DNA of 64,000 nucleotides from Candidatus Hodarchaeota archaeon (GTDB lineage: Archaea > Asgardarchaeota > Lokiarchaeia > Sigyniarchaeales > SOKP01). A program made the translations under genes and the position numbers. The number at the start of each line of letters is the position of its first letter. Within the stretch, counting starts at the first letter, position 1. A model generated the notes under the pieces. The model had not been told where the DNA came from. It was given only the letters and a program-made list of their open reading frames with translations, and made no database searches. The stretch lies in NCBI GenBank assembly GCA_048886685.1, contig JBHLKM010000002.1, forward strand, positions 167,532-231,531, in the 5' to 3' direction. Below, piece by piece: positions 62,173-64,000 of this stretch.

Positions 62173-62559
62173 GTGAAAATAATAGCTAAAATCTTAATAG
62201 TTGACGATGATAGAGATATCATGGATCTTTTTGAACAATTCTTGACTCTGGGGGGACATAATATTGCAGCTAGGGCTTTTAATGGTGTGGAAGCAATTAA
62301 TATTTTCAAAAATCTGCAAAATAAACCAGATATTGTTATAATGGACCACCGAATGCCCTTAAAGAATGGACTAGAAACTACAAAGGAACTAATAAAAATA
62401 AATCCTGAAAGCAAGATAATTTTTGTAAGTGCGGATTATACGGTAAGAAATGAAGCTTTTGAAGTAGGTGCTATTGATTTTTTAGAGAAACCTATAGATT
62501 TTAATACTTTGAATGCTATGATTGAGAAATATTCTTCAATCAAAAATGAAGCTATTTAA
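62173..62559 (+). CDS. single-domain response regulator (CheY-like receiver)
   Basis: ILIVDDD, PDIVIMDHRMP, GL, FVSA, FLEKP. Confidence 0.92.
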   Translation: MKIIAKILIVDDDRDIMDLFEQFLTLGGHNIAARAFNGVEAINIFKNLQNKPDIVIMDHRMPLKNGLETTKELIKINPESKIIFVSADYTVRNEAFEVGAIDFLEKPIDFNTLNAMIEKYSSIKNEAI

Positions 62560-63145
62560 TATTAGCTTTGGTTTTTATAATTTGATTTATTTCTGCATAC
62601 CTAAAACAATCACTTATATGATCATTTGTCAATCCTACTGCCTGCATAAAACTATAAATAATAGTTGGACCAACAAATTTGAATCCTCGCTTCTTTAGAT
62701 CTTTACTAATCAACTCCGATTGTTCTGTTTTAGAGGGCAATTCTTTTAAAGTTTTAAATCTATTAATTATAGGCTTATCATCAACGAATTTCCATATATA
62801 ATTACTGAAAGAACCAAACTCATCTTGAATTTTTAACAAAGCCTGAGCATTAGCAATTGCAGCCTCAATTTTAAGCTTGTTTCTTATAATGCCTGCATTA
62901 TTAAGTAATTCTTCTACTTTTTTCTCATTGAATTTTGCTATTTTTTTATAATCAAATTCATCAAAGGCTCTTCTGAAATTTTCACGCTTTTGCAGAATTG
63001 TATTCCAACTTAAACCTGCTTGAGCTCCTTCCAATATTAAGAACTCAAAAAGAATTTGATCATCGTGAACTGGTGTTCCCCATTCTTTATCATGATACTC
63101 TTTCATAAGATCGTTATAATTAGCCCAACTACACCTAATTACCAT
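62552..63145 (-). CDS. tag: DNA-3-methyladenine glycosylase I
   Basis: RCSW, YHDKEWG, LEGAQAGLSW, IIRNKLKI, GFKFVGPT, NDHISDC. Confidence 0.95.
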   Translation of the reverse strand: MVIRCSWANYNDLMKEYHDKEWGTPVHDDQILFEFLILEGAQAGLSWNTILQKRENFRRAFDEFDYKKIAKFNEKKVEELLNNAGIIRNKLKIEAAIANAQALLKIQDEFGSFSNYIWKFVDDKPIINRFKTLKELPSKTEQSELISKDLKKRGFKFVGPTIIYSFMQAVGLTNDHISDCFRYAEINQIIKTKANIK

Positions 63146-63287
63146 TATAAACCTTCTTCCAATAAAATTAGAATTTTAGCTATTAAAAGTCATAATTTCA
63201 ATAATGACTATTAAATAATTTTATTAAGATTTACATAAAAAAAAAGAATTTATTTTATTATATGATAATAAAAGATTCATATTTTAA

Positions 63288-63665
63288 TCAACCTTTATCT
63301 TTACGTAATGCCCAGAATGTCCAAATTGCCGCTGCGAGATCGATAGCACCAAAAACAATTATAAGAGCACTCACCAAGTCCAATATGACAAAAAAAATCA
63401 AGATTACAATGACCAACGCTCGTGTATGTACAGTCCACATAAAAAATTTTGTCATTCCTTCTTCATCAAGAGAGGCTCGGAGATAATAATAAGTTAAAAT
63501 TAATAAAGCGACTCCAAGAACACGGGAAGCAATATCAGGATCTGTTGGAACTGTTACTATTGTAAAAATTATTTCTGGAAAGAATAAAAATGTTATTCCT
63601 AAAAATAACACATATATACCGAATATGAAGAGAGATAAAGCAGCTCTACTCATTTCTTTAAACAT
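63288..63665 (-). CDS. small 4-TM membrane protein
   Basis: Four hydrophobic segments. Confidence 0.7.
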   Translation of the reverse strand: MFKEMSRAALSLFIFGIYVLFLGITFLFFPEIIFTIVTVPTDPDIASRVLGVALLILTYYYLRASLDEEGMTKFFMWTVHTRALVIVILIFFVILDLVSALIIVFGAIDLAAAIWTFWALRKDKG

Positions 63666-63852
63666 TTATAGTTTCACCCTTTATTTATTGTTGTTTACAG
63701 TAATCATATGGTTCAAAATGGATTTCATTTACAAAAACGTAAATTTCCTTCTTTTATTAATTTATCTATAAAATAAAAAACAGATTAGTATTGTGTTGAA
63801 ACTTAAAAAAATAGAGAAAGAGTAAAAAATGTATTTGTTTGTTTGATTTATC

Positions 63853-64000
63853 TCAATCTGTATGAGCTGAAATAATTAGATCAGCGAATAGTTTCATATC
63901 ATTTAATAACAAATTCAATTTATCTTGAGAATCCCTGTCTAAATCTCCAGATTTCATTACAAGCACTGAAATGATGTATTTAAAGATATGAAGTTCAATT
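63853..64000 (-). CDS. 3' end of a hypothetical gene running in from beyond the window
   Basis: Open frame ...IELHIFKYIISVLVMKSGDLDRDSQDKLNLLLNDMKLFADLIISAHTD* ending at TGA 63855..63853. Confidence 0.5.
   Translation of the reverse strand, partial: IELHIFKYIISVLVMKSGDLDRDSQDKLNLLLNDMKLFADLIISAHTD

Overview
AT-rich (roughly 30% GC), gene-dense archaeal chromosomal segment, most consistent with an Asgard archaeon of the Lokiarchaeia. The evidence is archaeal rpl10e, Cdc6/Orc1, XerA, an archaeal-type RNase P RNA, a Loki-CTERM-like sorting tail and several eukaryote-like signature candidates. Content is mostly housekeeping and metabolism: purA, abfD, trxB, hppA, dnaK/grpE/dnaJ, htpX, a B12 acyl-CoA mutase operon, LutAB-like genes, lipid-scavenging enzymes, a GH3 glucosidase and PiT. 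No CRISPR array, rRNA, tRNA or intact mobile element was seen. Main result: purA appears to be interrupted by a 30-nt intron (10670..10699, minus strand) that splits the codon of the catalytic Asp in the WGDEGKGK P-loop. The intron carries an in-frame stop and folds with its exon flanks into a bulge-helix-bulge/loop motif whose predicted tRNA-splicing-endonuclease cut sites restore the frame exactly. This is a candidate archaeal-type mRNA intron in a core Asgard metabolic gene. Secondary observations: tandem vWA plus PHD/RING-like paralogs resembling TFIIH p44/Ssl1, an IFT52-like GIFT protein, an arrestin-fold gene near an MglA-like GTPase and a 7TM sensor lacking its kinase domain, an ICM-type mutase, and an ACD alpha subunit lacking its phospho-His loop. 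All family assignments come from motif recognition by eye, not database searches.
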